Shown: piece by piece, positions 25,693 through 37,963 of the stretch
Numbering within the stretch: position 1 is the stretch's first letter
How the letters are laid out: each line of letters opens with the position of its first letter
Assembly (NCBI GenBank): GCA_910592345.1
Contig: CAJVPI010000193.1
Coordinates: 1 to 43,820, forward strand
Direction: 5' to 3'
From: Paraglomus brasilianum
Lineage: Eukaryota
DNA: 43,820 nt
Program-made: the position numbers and the translations under genes
Notes under the pieces: model-generated
Databases searched by the model: none
Seen by the model: only the letters and a program-made list of their open reading frames with translations
Told to the model about the DNA's origin: nothing

Positions 25693-26913
25693 GTTGTATG
25701 AAAAGGTTGCATGTAAACTAATGTGGGTAAAAGAATATTAAAGTTTATAGGTAGAATATAACTGTTACAAGAGATTGCCTTTGTCAAAGGGTAAAGTATA
25801 TTTAAAGATTGTGACTGAAGTTGGTTGGGGGACCAGTGAACAAGGGGAATTAAACAGTATCGGTATAGAAAATGTTCAAGCCAAATAAGTATAAACCAGG
25901 TTGCAACCAGACGGCTATTTACTTTATTATTAGGTCCTTGCACAAACCCGGAAATCTCCCCCTCAACTTTGTTGCATTTATTTTGAGAAAAAAAAAATAT
26001 TAATATTAATCTTAATATTCCTTCCTTCCTTCCTTCCTTCTCAACCATAAGTAAGAGTAGAGGAAATCGAAGCAACCAGTAAAGCGAGCATAGCATGCAT
26101 CAACTACAGAGACTTACGCTCATTGATCAGCGAACATCAACCCATTGTTTATTGCTCCCGTCTTCAACGGGTGTGCGACGTGACAGTATATTGATGTGCA
26201 AGGGTTTAAACTTTATCTATTTTGCCGGCGATTATTTCTAAATAACAAGTGCGTTATATATAAATGCGATGATGAACAAAATATTGCTCTAATGGCTGGC
26301 TGTTAGTATCATTAGAAAGTTTTCGTGGGGTTGATGATGACAAGTCGTCTATGTGAGAATGAGAATAGAAATTATGGATGCATAGATTGTGTTGGCAACT
26401 ATCCTAAACATAGTCTATACATAGTAATACGCCCCAATATCATACCGGCTATTAATAGAAGATGGTGCATGTCGTAGTGTTACATACTGACTGACTTCCT
26501 ATCTGTACACGATATAATTATATGGTCCAATGCCAGATACATGTGTTTCTGAACTATATGTGTTTGTCCTGGCTAGTTCGTTGTGTCTATAGAGAGTGAA
26601 CAAGGAAGGTTCAGTCATGTGGAGCAGTTATGTTAGGATCGATATCTGCTAGGATATATATTGCTAATATTCAGATCCAATACGTTATCTGTGCACCAGT
26701 CTGGGAAAAGTCTATAACCGGGTTTGTATGGAATATTTCCCAGCCATCTCAACTGGGTTTATTGATAGAGGATCAGGCAAGAAAGAGGCGAGGTCGTCTC
26801 AAAGTTTCACACGTCATGGTATCACATACTAACTGTGATTTGCGCGATCGGTGACCAATTAAACCAACAGCAAACCCTATGTTAGCATCACAGACTAGCA
26901 CTAGCTATTTCTA

Positions 26914-28679
26914 ATGGCAGATGCAATCCCTACTCTGTCTCTCTCGGAATTTATACGTGCATATCCCGAGCATAACAGACAGTCTCAGTATAGTCGATAC
27001 CATGAGCTAGCTAAACGGTTTCGATCGGTATACAATAGAGAACCCAATTTTATTGCCCGTGCACCAGGGCGGGTGAATTTGATCGGGGAGCATATTGATT
27101 ACGTTGGGTTTGGTGTATTGCCAATGGCTATTAGTGGGGATATATTGATAGCAGTTTCGGTAGACGACGACTCTTCCACTGTGAGAATAAAAAATGTTGA
27201 TGATTCAAAGTACAAATCCAGAGAATGGCAGTATGAAGGAGATGAACAGATTGTTACAATTGAGAATGATGAGGGATCCGTCGAGTGGAGCAATTATTTC
27301 AAATGTGGATACAAGGTATGGGAGATGGATATCACTAAAATAATTAATCTATAAAAGAAGTCAGATTCAAATATTTACCCCCGTATTCTATCGTCGTATA
27401 AAGGGTATATTACAACGCTTCAAGTTATTTTGCCCGAAAGGATTACTCTGTTTGGTCGACGGGAATGTGCCACCAGGAGCAGGCCTGTCTAGTTCGTCTG
27501 CATTCGTTTGTTGTGCTGCTATAGCAGTGTCATACGCGAATAATATAGAGACAGACAAGACTACTATGGCAAAGATTGCGATCGAGTGTGAAAGATATAT
27601 TGGAGTCAATGGTGGTGGGTAGGTAGAGCCGTATCATTGGAAGAAACTTGTTTTGAAAACATTTGTATTGATTTCGACACATCTTTGATAGGATGGATCA
27701 AACTACTTCAATCTTTGCAGTAACGAATCAAGCTTTATACATTTCATTTCGACCTACTCTCCACCCAACGCTGATCAAGTTGCCATCACTCTCACCTCCG
27801 TTGACCTTTGTAGTCTCGAATTCCTTAGTCACATCTAACAAGGCGGCAACAGCACAGACCAACTACAATTTACGGGTGGTCGAGACCAAATTAGCAGCCT
27901 ACTATCTTGGAACCGTAATAATGCGAAAGGGCTGCGACACGCTTTGGGACGTTGCCAATCAATATATGGATGGAAAGGAAATCGACAGTAAGAGTTTGAG
28001 GGAATTGGCGAATATTGTTGAAGAAAAGATTGGGAACAAACAACTTGGTTACAGTATCGTTGAATTAACCGAGTTGCTGTCCTTAACCAGTGAACAAGTG
28101 ACCGAGAAGTTTTTGACTAAATTTCCTGTTAGAGCCAAAACATTTCATCTATATAAAAGGGCAAAACACGTGTTTGAAGAAGCGGCAAGGGTATTAGAGT
28201 TTTATTCTCTCTGTCAGACGTCGACGCACAGCGATGAAAGTATGACAGGTCACATCAAAGCTGACCAAGTGTATTCTGAACTCGGACAATTGATGAATAG
28301 TAGTCATGACAGTTGTCGTGACTTGTACGACTGTTCGTGCGTAGAAGTAGATGAGCTTGTAAGAGTATGTTTAGAGTGTGGCGCGAAAGGGAGCCGATTG
28401 ACTGGAGCTGGATGGGGAGGTAATAACGCGTGAATATTTATATGGGTATGCAACGGTGGGGAGATCTTGATATTAGACGGATCGCTGAGTGTTTTTTATT
28501 CAATTGTAGGCTGCGTAGTATCCATTGTTTCCGGGAATGAGTCGGAAGAATTTATATCAAAAGTGACTGAAAAATATTACAACGTTAGATTCCCTGATTT
28601 ACCTAAAGAGCGATTGTCAGAAGTTATTTTTGAAACTCTTCCTGGTGCCGGAGCTGCTGTCATTACTACTTTGCAGTAA
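26914..28679 (+). CDS. GAL1: Galactokinase (GHMP kinase, Gal1/GALK2 type), 504 aa
   Basis: Exons 26914-27315, 27404-27618, 27692-28419 and 28510-28679. Signature APGRVNLIGEHIDY, ATP-binding loop VPPGAGLSSSSA, GGGMDQ, YNLRVVE, RAKHVFEEAARV, GSRLTGAGWGGC. Confidence 0.93.
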
Positions 28680-30152
28680 CAGGCTTGCGTTTCTGGAAAC
28701 ATGAATGAGCACAAGCGAGATATGATAATTATACCGGGCATATTATGGAATCGAACATTAAAACGAGTCTGGTTTGATAACGAAACAACAGCCATCATGA
28801 ATAGTGTATTGCCGAATACATTTATATTATATAAAATACAATTGATGTGATAACGCGTATGTACGGTTTGCGATGTTAAAGGTGAAAGTATTACATGAAC
28901 ATGAACAACAAGTAAAGGGTGAATCTGAAATGCTATTATAAAACACACGGACGGAATACGGAACATACTGTCTAGACTTGGATGTTAGGAAAGCATGTAA
29001 ATAAAACTTTTGGTGCTAAAGACATACTGTAATATTTGGCATACAATAAAGCAAAGACAGACATTGCAAAGTAAATATGATGCCCAACCCAACAATAATA
29101 AGTGCATCAACAATTGCATACATACAGAACAAGCTAGTATTAGATGCATGCAACACACTGTATTCAAACATCCCACGCTTGTTAAATATAACGTGGGTTT
29201 ATGGCAGACAGTCCATTGTTCTTCAATGAAATGAATTAATATCCATAAACATGTTTTAACAGATAAGCTGATATATTACTATACTGCTGCATGTGATATT
29301 GCACTATTGATATGTACATATTCACTGTTTCGAATATAATCGGGCCATGCCATTTCTTGTGTGATGTTTAAATACTACCCTATTTGCTTTCAAGAGTGAC
29401 GACAAGGGGTTCAAATAATGTACAATTTGAGTAGAACAAAGTTTACTAAAATTAAAACAAGCGGAGTCTATCGCTATGAGCCGGGTTATTGATCTGACCG
29501 TGGAATCAGTTGTATCAACTACCACTGTGTATATGTAATACACAGTAATAGTAAATCCGACATTTCACTCTGATCCATGCATCTTGTCAATCGAGATATT
29601 AATGTCTTCCGGCCATTTGAGTCATACAATAGCGTAGTATGCTGTATATAGGCCACTTTCGTGTAAATGTCTAGACCATTGTCTTTATTGTTGGTGTCAT
29701 TAGGGTGAGAAAATCTTTCATACAAATTATAGCACCAATTCTTACTCCCGTCATTGATACTTTTAGTTTTATTTACATTCGCAGTGTCATTTTGACATTG
29801 ACGAAGATAATGCGTGAATCCCTACCCAAACCCGAAACTTATTTGATACAGTTTATGTTCTAATGAAGAGATGATACGAAGCGAGCAATATAGTGAATAA
29901 TAAAAAGTGAGTATGAAAGTGTTTAGGGGAATAGTAGCGAGAACTATGCGAGCAAAGTTCAGTTATACGATTTACTGTCCTACTTAATTGATGAATAGCG
30001 TGATATCCATTAGCCGTGTAAACGGAAAGAGAGAGAAAGAATACCTGCATTGAAAAAACGATTATAGAAGATCAGTACATAAGATACAATCGCAATCATT
30101 TACGATGGTGATATCTAATAAAGAATTTACCCGTACGTGTGGTTCTCGAACA

Positions 30153-30404
30153 CTAGTTCCTCATGTTGTATGTCTCACTGCACCGAATAATTTTCTGATT
30201 CTTGCTTCTGTTCACATAGCTTGCGCTATGTCTATTGTTGCACCTTGGAGCAGCAGTGTGCAAATAAACACCATTCACATAGTTCTTTTCGTAGAATCCG
30301 GTATCCTTCTGCTCAAATTCTGGAGTCATGGCTGATCTCCGTCGAGTATATTTGGTGATTTTCCAGACTTCGTATTGGTTCTTCAGCTTCTTGATAAAAG
30401 ACAT
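30153..30404 (-). CDS. Small basic 83-aa hypothetical protein
   Basis: Single-exon ATG ORF MSFIKKLKNQYEVWKITKYTRRRS..YVNGVY. A TATA-like TATATATAG lies about 160 bp upstream and the leader is CA-rich. The pattern resembles small uncharacterised fungal proteins (from memory, unverified). Confidence 0.55.
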   Translation of the reverse strand: MSFIKKLKNQYEVWKITKYTRRRSAMTPEFEQKDTGFYEKNYVNGVYLHTAAPRCNNRHSASYVNRSKNQKIIRCSETYNMRN

Positions 30405-31351
30405 GTTCAGGGACAGAGGGAGTAGGTGGTGTGTATGTATGTGTGTATGTATGTATGTATGCGAGTATAGTGGTATAGTACTGTTAGCAGTCCAAAGAGT
30501 TGATAGTAGTTATTCGTGAGAAGAGCAAATTAAAGTTAAGTTTGGCTGTAAAGAGCGGTAATTTCTATATATAAGTTGGTTATTAAAGAATGCGATATGG
30601 GTGATAATGAGTGTGGGTGCTTTATGATATTTGCGAAGGCAGTTGATAATGTTATTATAATAGATTGCCAATGGGGGGGGGGGGGGGTAATTGGTAAGTC
30701 AATGTCAACTTATTATCAAAAGAAATGTCTCCGCTTCTTTATCAGCTATAAAGCAGACGTCAAAGATTGATAGCATCCGGAGTGAGAGAGAGAAAGTAGC
30801 GAAAGGTGCTGAAGGGTGAAGACAGCGTACCTGATATTATTACAGCCTCTGTACTACGGAGTACATATTAAAAATTACGTTTTTCGATGATAAAGGAATA
30901 TCGTAATGGGTATGAACGAATGGAATAATTTGTTCGGTTATGTATGAATACTATTGAAATTGCAGTATTGGATTCCAATGTTTGCATTTTGATGTAGCGC
31001 AATACAGGCCTGTGTTACATAATGTTTACTTGTGTTTCCAACCACATATCCGAACCCGTGACCGCAAAAAAAAAAGGAAAAAAAAAAAAGAAAAAGAAAG
31101 GCACCGCAATAGATAGATATATATATACTATAAGTAAAGTGGCAATTTAATACATTCCTTTGTATTTCTAATTGAAGCGCCATAAACAGGTTCGCTGTTG
31201 TACCCGTGGTGTTTCATTGGTGATTAGCATGCAGACGATTTTGATGTGAGGTAACAATTAAGAGTAGTTAGGCTGTCTATAATAGGCTAGGCGTTTATTA
31301 TTAATATAATCACAGCCGATTCATTTTGCAAATATAAATAAATAAACCTAA

Positions 31352-31440
31352 TGGTAACACATTGGTAACACATTGGTAACACATGATTGAAAAAAATAAA
31401 TTCGGCGCAAAAATACCTGTATTGCGCAAAATACCTGTAT
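31352..31440. repeat. Two adjacent short tandem duplications
   Basis: tggtaacacat x3 at 31352-31384 and gcgcaaaa(a)tacctgtat x2 at 31405-31440. Confidence 0.8.
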
Positions 31441-32490
31441 ATTGCACATGATATTGCGATTTCAACAAGCGGAGATGCTTCAAAAACGCCACATGCATAA
31501 ACTTCAGGAGATAGCGGTAATTATCGCAGAATAAACTCCGACAGTGATTGAATTTTTATTCACAAAACAGAATGGAGTATGAGCATCGTGAAATCATGTG
31601 ATACATATAAACAATTCACATACATTATTAAAATATCATATTCTCACATACGCTAATTAAACATCTAAGGTCAAAAGCATGCGAAACTTGATTATATAAA
31701 TTCGTGTGTATAATACAAGTAATATTACGGATAATTATATTAAACGCAATGTCGATGAATTCGCTCCCGCAATTTAATTCTTATATTAATTTTCATTAGC
31801 ACAATTGCCATCCAGAGAACTTTGTGTGATCAAGGTGAAAATAAGGTTAAATTATAGTATGACGTTGTGATTTTATTTTATCCTATCGATAGGATGTCAA
31901 CATTAAAAGAGGCAACGAAAAAAAAAAGTCGATATAATTACAAGTGCTATTGCTGCATAGCTTAAAAAATAGTTGTCCATAAATTTAATGTAATGATATG
32001 CACACAAACAACCTTTTCCGGCACTCTTTCACGGGCTGGTGTTAGATGTTTGCATGAGTATGAGTAAACTCCCAACTTTGTTACGTTCCGGGAGAGACCT
32101 GTCTAGATTAGTTAAACTTGACGTTATAAATAACAATGTCTCGCAATTATTCTTTTGATAAATAAAACAAAACTACATTGTTGGTTGATTAATGAGGTAA
32201 TTAAATATGGTTGGCGAATTTTAAATCTTTGTTCACAATTCTGAATAGTTTATACAATTTCAGAATATCCAATAATTTGTAAAACAATCAAACTCAATTT
32301 TGATGCAGCTAAGCTTGTCATAGAACCAGTTGACTATATAGTATTTGTTTGAGATATCTTTGTAATAACAACATATCAATTTAGAATGACAAGAAATTTA
32401 TTTTAGTACAAGCAATGATTTGCTGACAATCCTTGGTTCTTCAGCCACTGTTTCCAATATCAATGAGCCTCAACTCCTGATTCCATATTA

Positions 32491-32954
32491 CAGTGGTCGT
32501 CATAAATATCCAAAATTTAATCTCGCAAACAAATTTTCGCCAAATACGTTACTAACATGTGCAAATTTTCAAGAATCTATCTTTCCCCCCTCCTGCTCAA
32601 TTACCTCTCCAAAGCACAATTTTTCACCTTTTCGCTAACTTAACGAAGAGATTATCATTCAGACCCTTTCATTATTGTTTGAAATTCAACCGTTGAAAGT
32701 TTTTTTTTTCCCATTAACCGTAAATTTACCATTTACCTTTAAATATCGCCCGCGGGTTCTCGATTGGGTTTATGTCTGGCGAGTAAGAAGGCCAATTAAG
32801 AATTCGAATACCATGGCGTTCAGTTCCTTATGGATAATGCGTTTGTTGCGCAATATTGTAATACCAATTTGTATTAGTTCAAAATTGGTTGCGCTACTAC
32901 TACGTGATATTTTATGTACCGGATTAACACTCCGGATACTTATGACGACCATTG
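32491..32954 (-). mobile_element. Internally deleted Tc1 element (464 bp) with TIRs and TA target site
   Basis: TIRs cagtggtcgtcataaatatcc (32491-32511) and ggatacttatgacgaccattg (32934-32954) match at 19/21 and both are flanked by TA. The minus strand at about 32740-32800 encodes LNWPSYSPDINPIENPRAIFK (Tc1 WPxxSPDLNPIENxW motif). Confidence 0.88.
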
Positions 32955-34086
32955 TAATAGAGGTTATCCAGACATCTTTTCTTCAGTAGAATTAATGTTG
33001 CTTGGATTATTAATTTGTATATTATACAGTGACAATACATTTGTAATTTTCAGCCTGAACATTTATGACTTTTTTTTCGATGTAACTTATATCCTAATAC
33101 TTACTAAACAAAGTTGAAGATAATTTTTTCCGTTTCTGCATAGCTTGAAAATAGTAACTTATCTGTTTTGCTTGTCCGATTCACTAATACCTAAAGATTA
33201 GGCAACAGTACCATATTAGTTACTAAAGAGTAATACTTTGTTGGATGTATCATGTTTCAATAACATTTGCTTAGTGAGGAAAATGATTAAAATACAGCAT
33301 TGATGCAAAATACAAAGATGATCTGATCTTAGCATTCATATTTGAATTACATTTTGAATGTAAAATCCTCAAAATTTCTTGAGAAGTCTGTTTTAATTTG
33401 GATGTCCACTATTATTATTATTAACTTTTAGGAATAAATAAATGGTGGGGATGGCATTCAAATACCAAGAGCCATTTTATATCTATTTATCAGAGAAAGA
33501 AAATATTGCTGCCTTTGCTTCACAAAGCAACGTTCATAGTTACATACGTTGTAGTTAGTAGCAACTCGTTGAAGAACTACACAAATTACCACCGCCAATG
33601 TATTTATGTTGGTAAAATAGGTTAGTTTCTAATGAAGATTTGAGCGTGAATATTTCATGGTAACACATGGGCTTGGCGTTTCACATGTCCGATGATTTGT
33701 TTTGTATAATACAGATTTGGCTCGTAGACCGATGAAGTCACGGAACTTCAACCTGAAGAGCGTGGTATTTAACGTTGAATAATTTGGAAACAAACAAACA
33801 AGTCCCCTGTCTTTGTAATTGTCAGTGTATTGATTAGGCTGTTGTCGATTTGTTTGGATGAGCGTCTTATATTCAGTCAGAAGAGAATCCTGCAGCCAAG
33901 ATGGATCTTTGATCAAACAGACCAAAAGACTTTGGCTATTTTCCTATTATATACGAACAAGGAAAATATTCCGTTTATAATACTTATATGTCGCTATGGT
34001 GTTACAAAATACTATAATATGCTGAATCACCATCGTGTAACTCCGTCCATTATAAAATGCGTTTTTAGTCGTTGCAAACATCAGAA

Positions 34087-35822
34087 ATGTCGTTTACCAA
34101 AGAGCTTTTTGTGGCAGTTTCGGAATTTTTGATTTTCACAAGTTTTATTGTTTTATTATATGTCTTGAGATTTTATTATGATTATTTCACTCGCTCTGCT
34201 TCGTATCCGGGACCATTTCCATTACCCATAATAGGTAATCTTCACCAATACTATTATCATCAACACGATATTCCACATTGGCTCCACCAATTGAGTTTGA
34301 AATATGGAGACATATTCGAATTGTATTTTGGAACCAATAAATATTTGATGGTTAGTGACGTGCGAATAGTCGAACGGATAATGACTTCAAAAAAGGACAG
34401 CAACTACTTTGTTCGCGTTGCAACCAAAACCGGACTAGATGATTTACAAAGGGGCAGCGTTGCAATTTTATATAATGCGAATTTTCACTCCTGGTCATAC
34501 GTTAGAAAAGTCTTTTTCAGAGTCGTGGGATCGGCCAATGCCTTAAGAGCCGCTGCAACTTTAGTTAATACAGTTTTTGGAAATTTAGAAAAGTTATGGG
34601 ACAATTTGATCAAAGAACGAGGTCAATGTTTGGATAGCAAGCAGGAACGCTCAGTGGAAGTCGATCTTGTATGTTGGTCAAAAAGAGTCTTTGCAGAAAT
34701 CATCATGTTGCTAACGGCCGGTCAACAACCTAATTTATTGTCGAACTACTACGATCGAATTATTGGTGACAATATTCAAAAGAATGCAGATGAAGATTTT
34801 TTGGATCGCTTCTCCATTGCATCTGATTGTGTGCAATATTACATAACTGTTCCACCAGTGATACGCAACATTCCAATTATACGTCGATATACAAAATACC
34901 TACATAACAATCTGATGTGGACCAGAAATTATGCGTGCAACTTGGTCAAGGAACGCAGAAAAGAAATAAAAAACCTCGGCATTGGAGAGAAGTCAGCATC
35001 CAATGTGTTAAATATTCTATTGCCATCAAACGGTATTCCAAACGAGAACGACAAAATATCCTTGACTGACGAAGAAATCGGAGATAATATAGTAGAAATG
35101 TTTAGTGAAGGAATTGATAGCGTATGTATTAATAGCATCGTATAATTTATTCTGTTTACTAAATGAAAACCCAATACTAATTAATTTTTTTAAAGCCTTC
35201 AAATACTCTGGCATTTATTATTCATTGCGTTGGAGCTAATCCAGATGTTGAAAGAAGTATTATTCAAGAAATTAAGAACGTATTTGGAGATTTGACGGAC
35301 TTGGTTATTACCTATGAAGATTTAAATAAGCTTGTATATATAGAAGCGGTCATAAAAGAAGGTAACATTTTTAAAACTTTTATCGTGTTACTTTAACATT
35401 TATTAAATATGCGACCATTTTTAGTTCTGAGACTTAGGCCGGCAACATTGACAATCTCGCGCTTTTCGGCACATCGTGATCAATTTGACGGGTACGAAAT
35501 TCCCTCATCGACACAAATTGCAATAAACGTCGTTGGTTTGCACAGGAATCAAAATTATTGGAACGAACCCGAAAACTTTAATCCCTCAAGATTTTTAGAA
35601 GACAACATTGGTAAAAACTATAACAAAAATGCATTCATGTATTTTGGCGGTGGATTACGCGTGTGCCCAGCTAAACAGTTTGCAATGGTACAACTCAAAA
35701 TGATGGTGGTTTTGCTTTATAGTAAATATACCTTTGAGGTAACCACCAAAGATCCTTCAACAAACTACAACGTTAATCTTCAATGCAAAGAGCTGATGAC
35801 TAGAATTAAACACAGAAGATAG
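34087..35822 (+). CDS. Cytochrome P450, 532 aa
   Basis: Exons 34087-35121, 35196-35361 and 35425-35822. N-terminal TM anchor, PGPFPLPIIGN hinge, K-helix EVLR, FNPSRF, and heme motif FGGGLRVCPA. Confidence 0.93.
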
Positions 35823-36517
35823 GACTTAGAACAGCAGGGAAATATTTACGAATATTTTCATTTTATAGCGCATTTATTGTTATGTGAGACAAAATATATG
35901 CAGATAAATAAAACATTAAGATTTATGAGCATAAAATAATTTATTATGTTTTTAATAAAGTGAACAAGCTGTCTATTCAAGTAACTTATGATAATAATGT
36001 CTGACCATTGTATTTGTTAGACACCAAGAACGAGCCTAACCGTACACGATATTATTTATTCAAAAGTAGCTGCACTCAACGATCGTATACATGAAAACTA
36101 AATTAATAATCTTGCTATCAGTGAACTTATCATGGTGCTCGGTCGTAGATACAACGATAATGGAATAGTGGTTAAACTTGAAACTCTCGATAACAGAGGA
36201 TTAAGAAAACAAAATGCGTACAGCATCCCCTCTATAAACACATCCGGATATGACGGTTTTATCAGCAGAAGCGGTAGAGAGAAACAATGTTTACTAAAAA
36301 TTGTAATTGCACTTTATGATGCCATGTTAATCATTATAAGCAATATCCTCGAGCTATCTATTCAGGAAGAAACCGTCTTTCTTTCATATCATAACACTGT
36401 ATCATCTCGGATAAATTTCCGACCGATTAGTATTAGTATCAGTATCTCCTGGTATCTTGTGTAACCATATACGATAAGCTACCGCACAGAAAACATACTT
36501 TTGCAAGCATCCACAAA

Positions 36518-37882
36518 ATGTCGAAAAGAATAGTTAAGAATATAAAACAAATATTTCATCATGTGCATCATCAGGATGGAGTTGAAAGAACACATTTTAG
36601 TCATAACGTATGGCGTGAACAAGATTTCAAATATGATGATGAAATTAAAGTGGGTGAATTGTATGAAAGAGTTGCCGCCGAACAAGGGTATGCTGATGCA
36701 CAAAATAATCTTGCTGTGCGATATTGTAAAGGAGTCGGAGTGGAAAAAGATTATCAAAAGGCATTTGATCTATTGCAAAAAGCTGCACACCAAGGGCTTG
36801 CCTGTGCACAATATAATCTTGGTGTATGTTATAGTAAAGCAGCCGGAGTAGAAAGAGATTATCAAAAAGCAGTTGAATTTTTTCAGAAAGCAGCCAATCA
36901 AGGAGATGCCAATGCACAATATAATTTGGCTGTATTATATTACAAAGGGGCTGGAGTTGTTAAGAATGATCAGAAGGCTGTTGAATTATATCAGAAAACT
37001 GTTGAGCAAGGGCACACTAAAGCACAATATCATCTGGGTTGGTGTTATCTGAATGGAATAGGAACAGATAAAAATATTCAAAAAGCTATAGAACTGCTTC
37101 AAAATGCAGCTGAACGAGGATATTCAAAAGCACAATATCATCTTGGTATATGTTATGAATATGGTAATGGTGTAGACAAAGATGATGTGATGGCTACTGA
37201 ATTGTATCAAAAAGCTGCCAAACAAGCTGATGCAAGAGCACAATATAGGCTTGGTATGTGTTATGAAAACGGAACTGGAGTAGAAAAAAGTAATCAAAAA
37301 GCAGTTGAGCTATATAAAAAAGTTGCCAAACAAGGATATGCCAGAGCACAATATAGTCTTGGTTTATGTTATAAAAAGGGAATTGGGGTAGAAAAAGATG
37401 AACAAAAAGCAGTTGAATTGTTTCAGGCTGCAGCTATGCAAGGAGACATTGATGCACAATACAATCTTGGTGTATGCTATAATAGTGGAATAGGAATTGA
37501 AAAAGATGTTGAAATAGCAGTTGTATTGTATCAAAACATCACAAATCAAGGATATGTTGATGGACAATATAATCAAAGAATTACAAAGCAAACATACATT
37601 AGAGCACAATGTAATCTTGGTATCTGTTATCAGAACGGAACTGGAGTAGAAAAAAATATCCAAAAAGCAGTTGAATTGTATCAAGCAGCTGCTGAACAAG
37701 GGTATTCCAGAGCTCAATATTATCTTGGTGTTTGTTATGACTATGGGTTTGGAGTAAAAAAGGACATTGAGAAGGCAATTGAATTGTATCAAATGGCTGC
37801 TGAACAAGGAGATCCCTATGCACAAAATATTCTTGGGACCTATGATTATAATGAAACTGGGGTAGAAAGGGATGATGACTAA
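36518..37882 (+). CDS. Sel1-like repeat protein, 454 aa (copy 1)
   Basis: Intronless ORF with ten complete 36-aa repeats AQYxLGxCYxxGxGVEKxxQKAVELYQxAAxQG plus partial repeats. No signal peptide, TM or kinase domain. Confidence 0.92.
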   Translation: MSKRIVKNIKQIFHHVHHQDGVERTHFSHNVWREQDFKYDDEIKVGELYERVAAEQGYADAQNNLAVRYCKGVGVEKDYQKAFDLLQKAAHQGLACAQYNLGVCYSKAAGVERDYQKAVEFFQKAANQGDANAQYNLAVLYYKGAGVVKNDQKAVELYQKTVEQGHTKAQYHLGWCYLNGIGTDKNIQKAIELLQNAAERGYSKAQYHLGICYEYGNGVDKDDVMATELYQKAAKQADARAQYRLGMCYENGTGVEKSNQKAVELYKKVAKQGYARAQYSLGLCYKKGIGVEKDEQKAVELFQAAAMQGDIDAQYNLGVCYNSGIGIEKDVEIAVVLYQNITNQGYVDGQYNQRITKQTYIRAQCNLGICYQNGTGVEKNIQKAVELYQAAAEQGYSRAQYYLGVCYDYGFGVKKDIEKAIELYQMAAEQGDPYAQNILGTYDYNETGVERDDD

Positions 37883-37963
37883 CAGTCAATATACCAAGTG
37901 CTCAATAAGAACACAACCATACCAAATACTGCTTAACAAGGATACAGAACACTAATATGCAAT

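Noticed and set aside
25693..26913. Gal4-type UAS or a canonical GAL cluster
   Set aside because: No CGG-N11-CCG seen by eye and no GAL7/GAL10 in the window.
36132..36464. 110-aa ORF upstream of Sel1 (and its copy at 39411-39743)
   Set aside because: No recognisable motif. Its recurrence is explained by the duplication and it likely lies in promoter DNA.
36518..37882. Recent horizontal transfer of the intronless Sel1 gene from bacteria
   Set aside because: Sel1 repeats are known to be expanded in these fungi, composition is host-like and there are no bacterial neighbours. A phylogeny would be needed to claim it.
36479..37889. Antisense and alternate-frame ORFs over the Sel1 genes, and similar ones over the kinase, AAR2, Kelch and GAL1 genes
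   Set aside because: Shadow ORFs of real coding sequence with no independent support.
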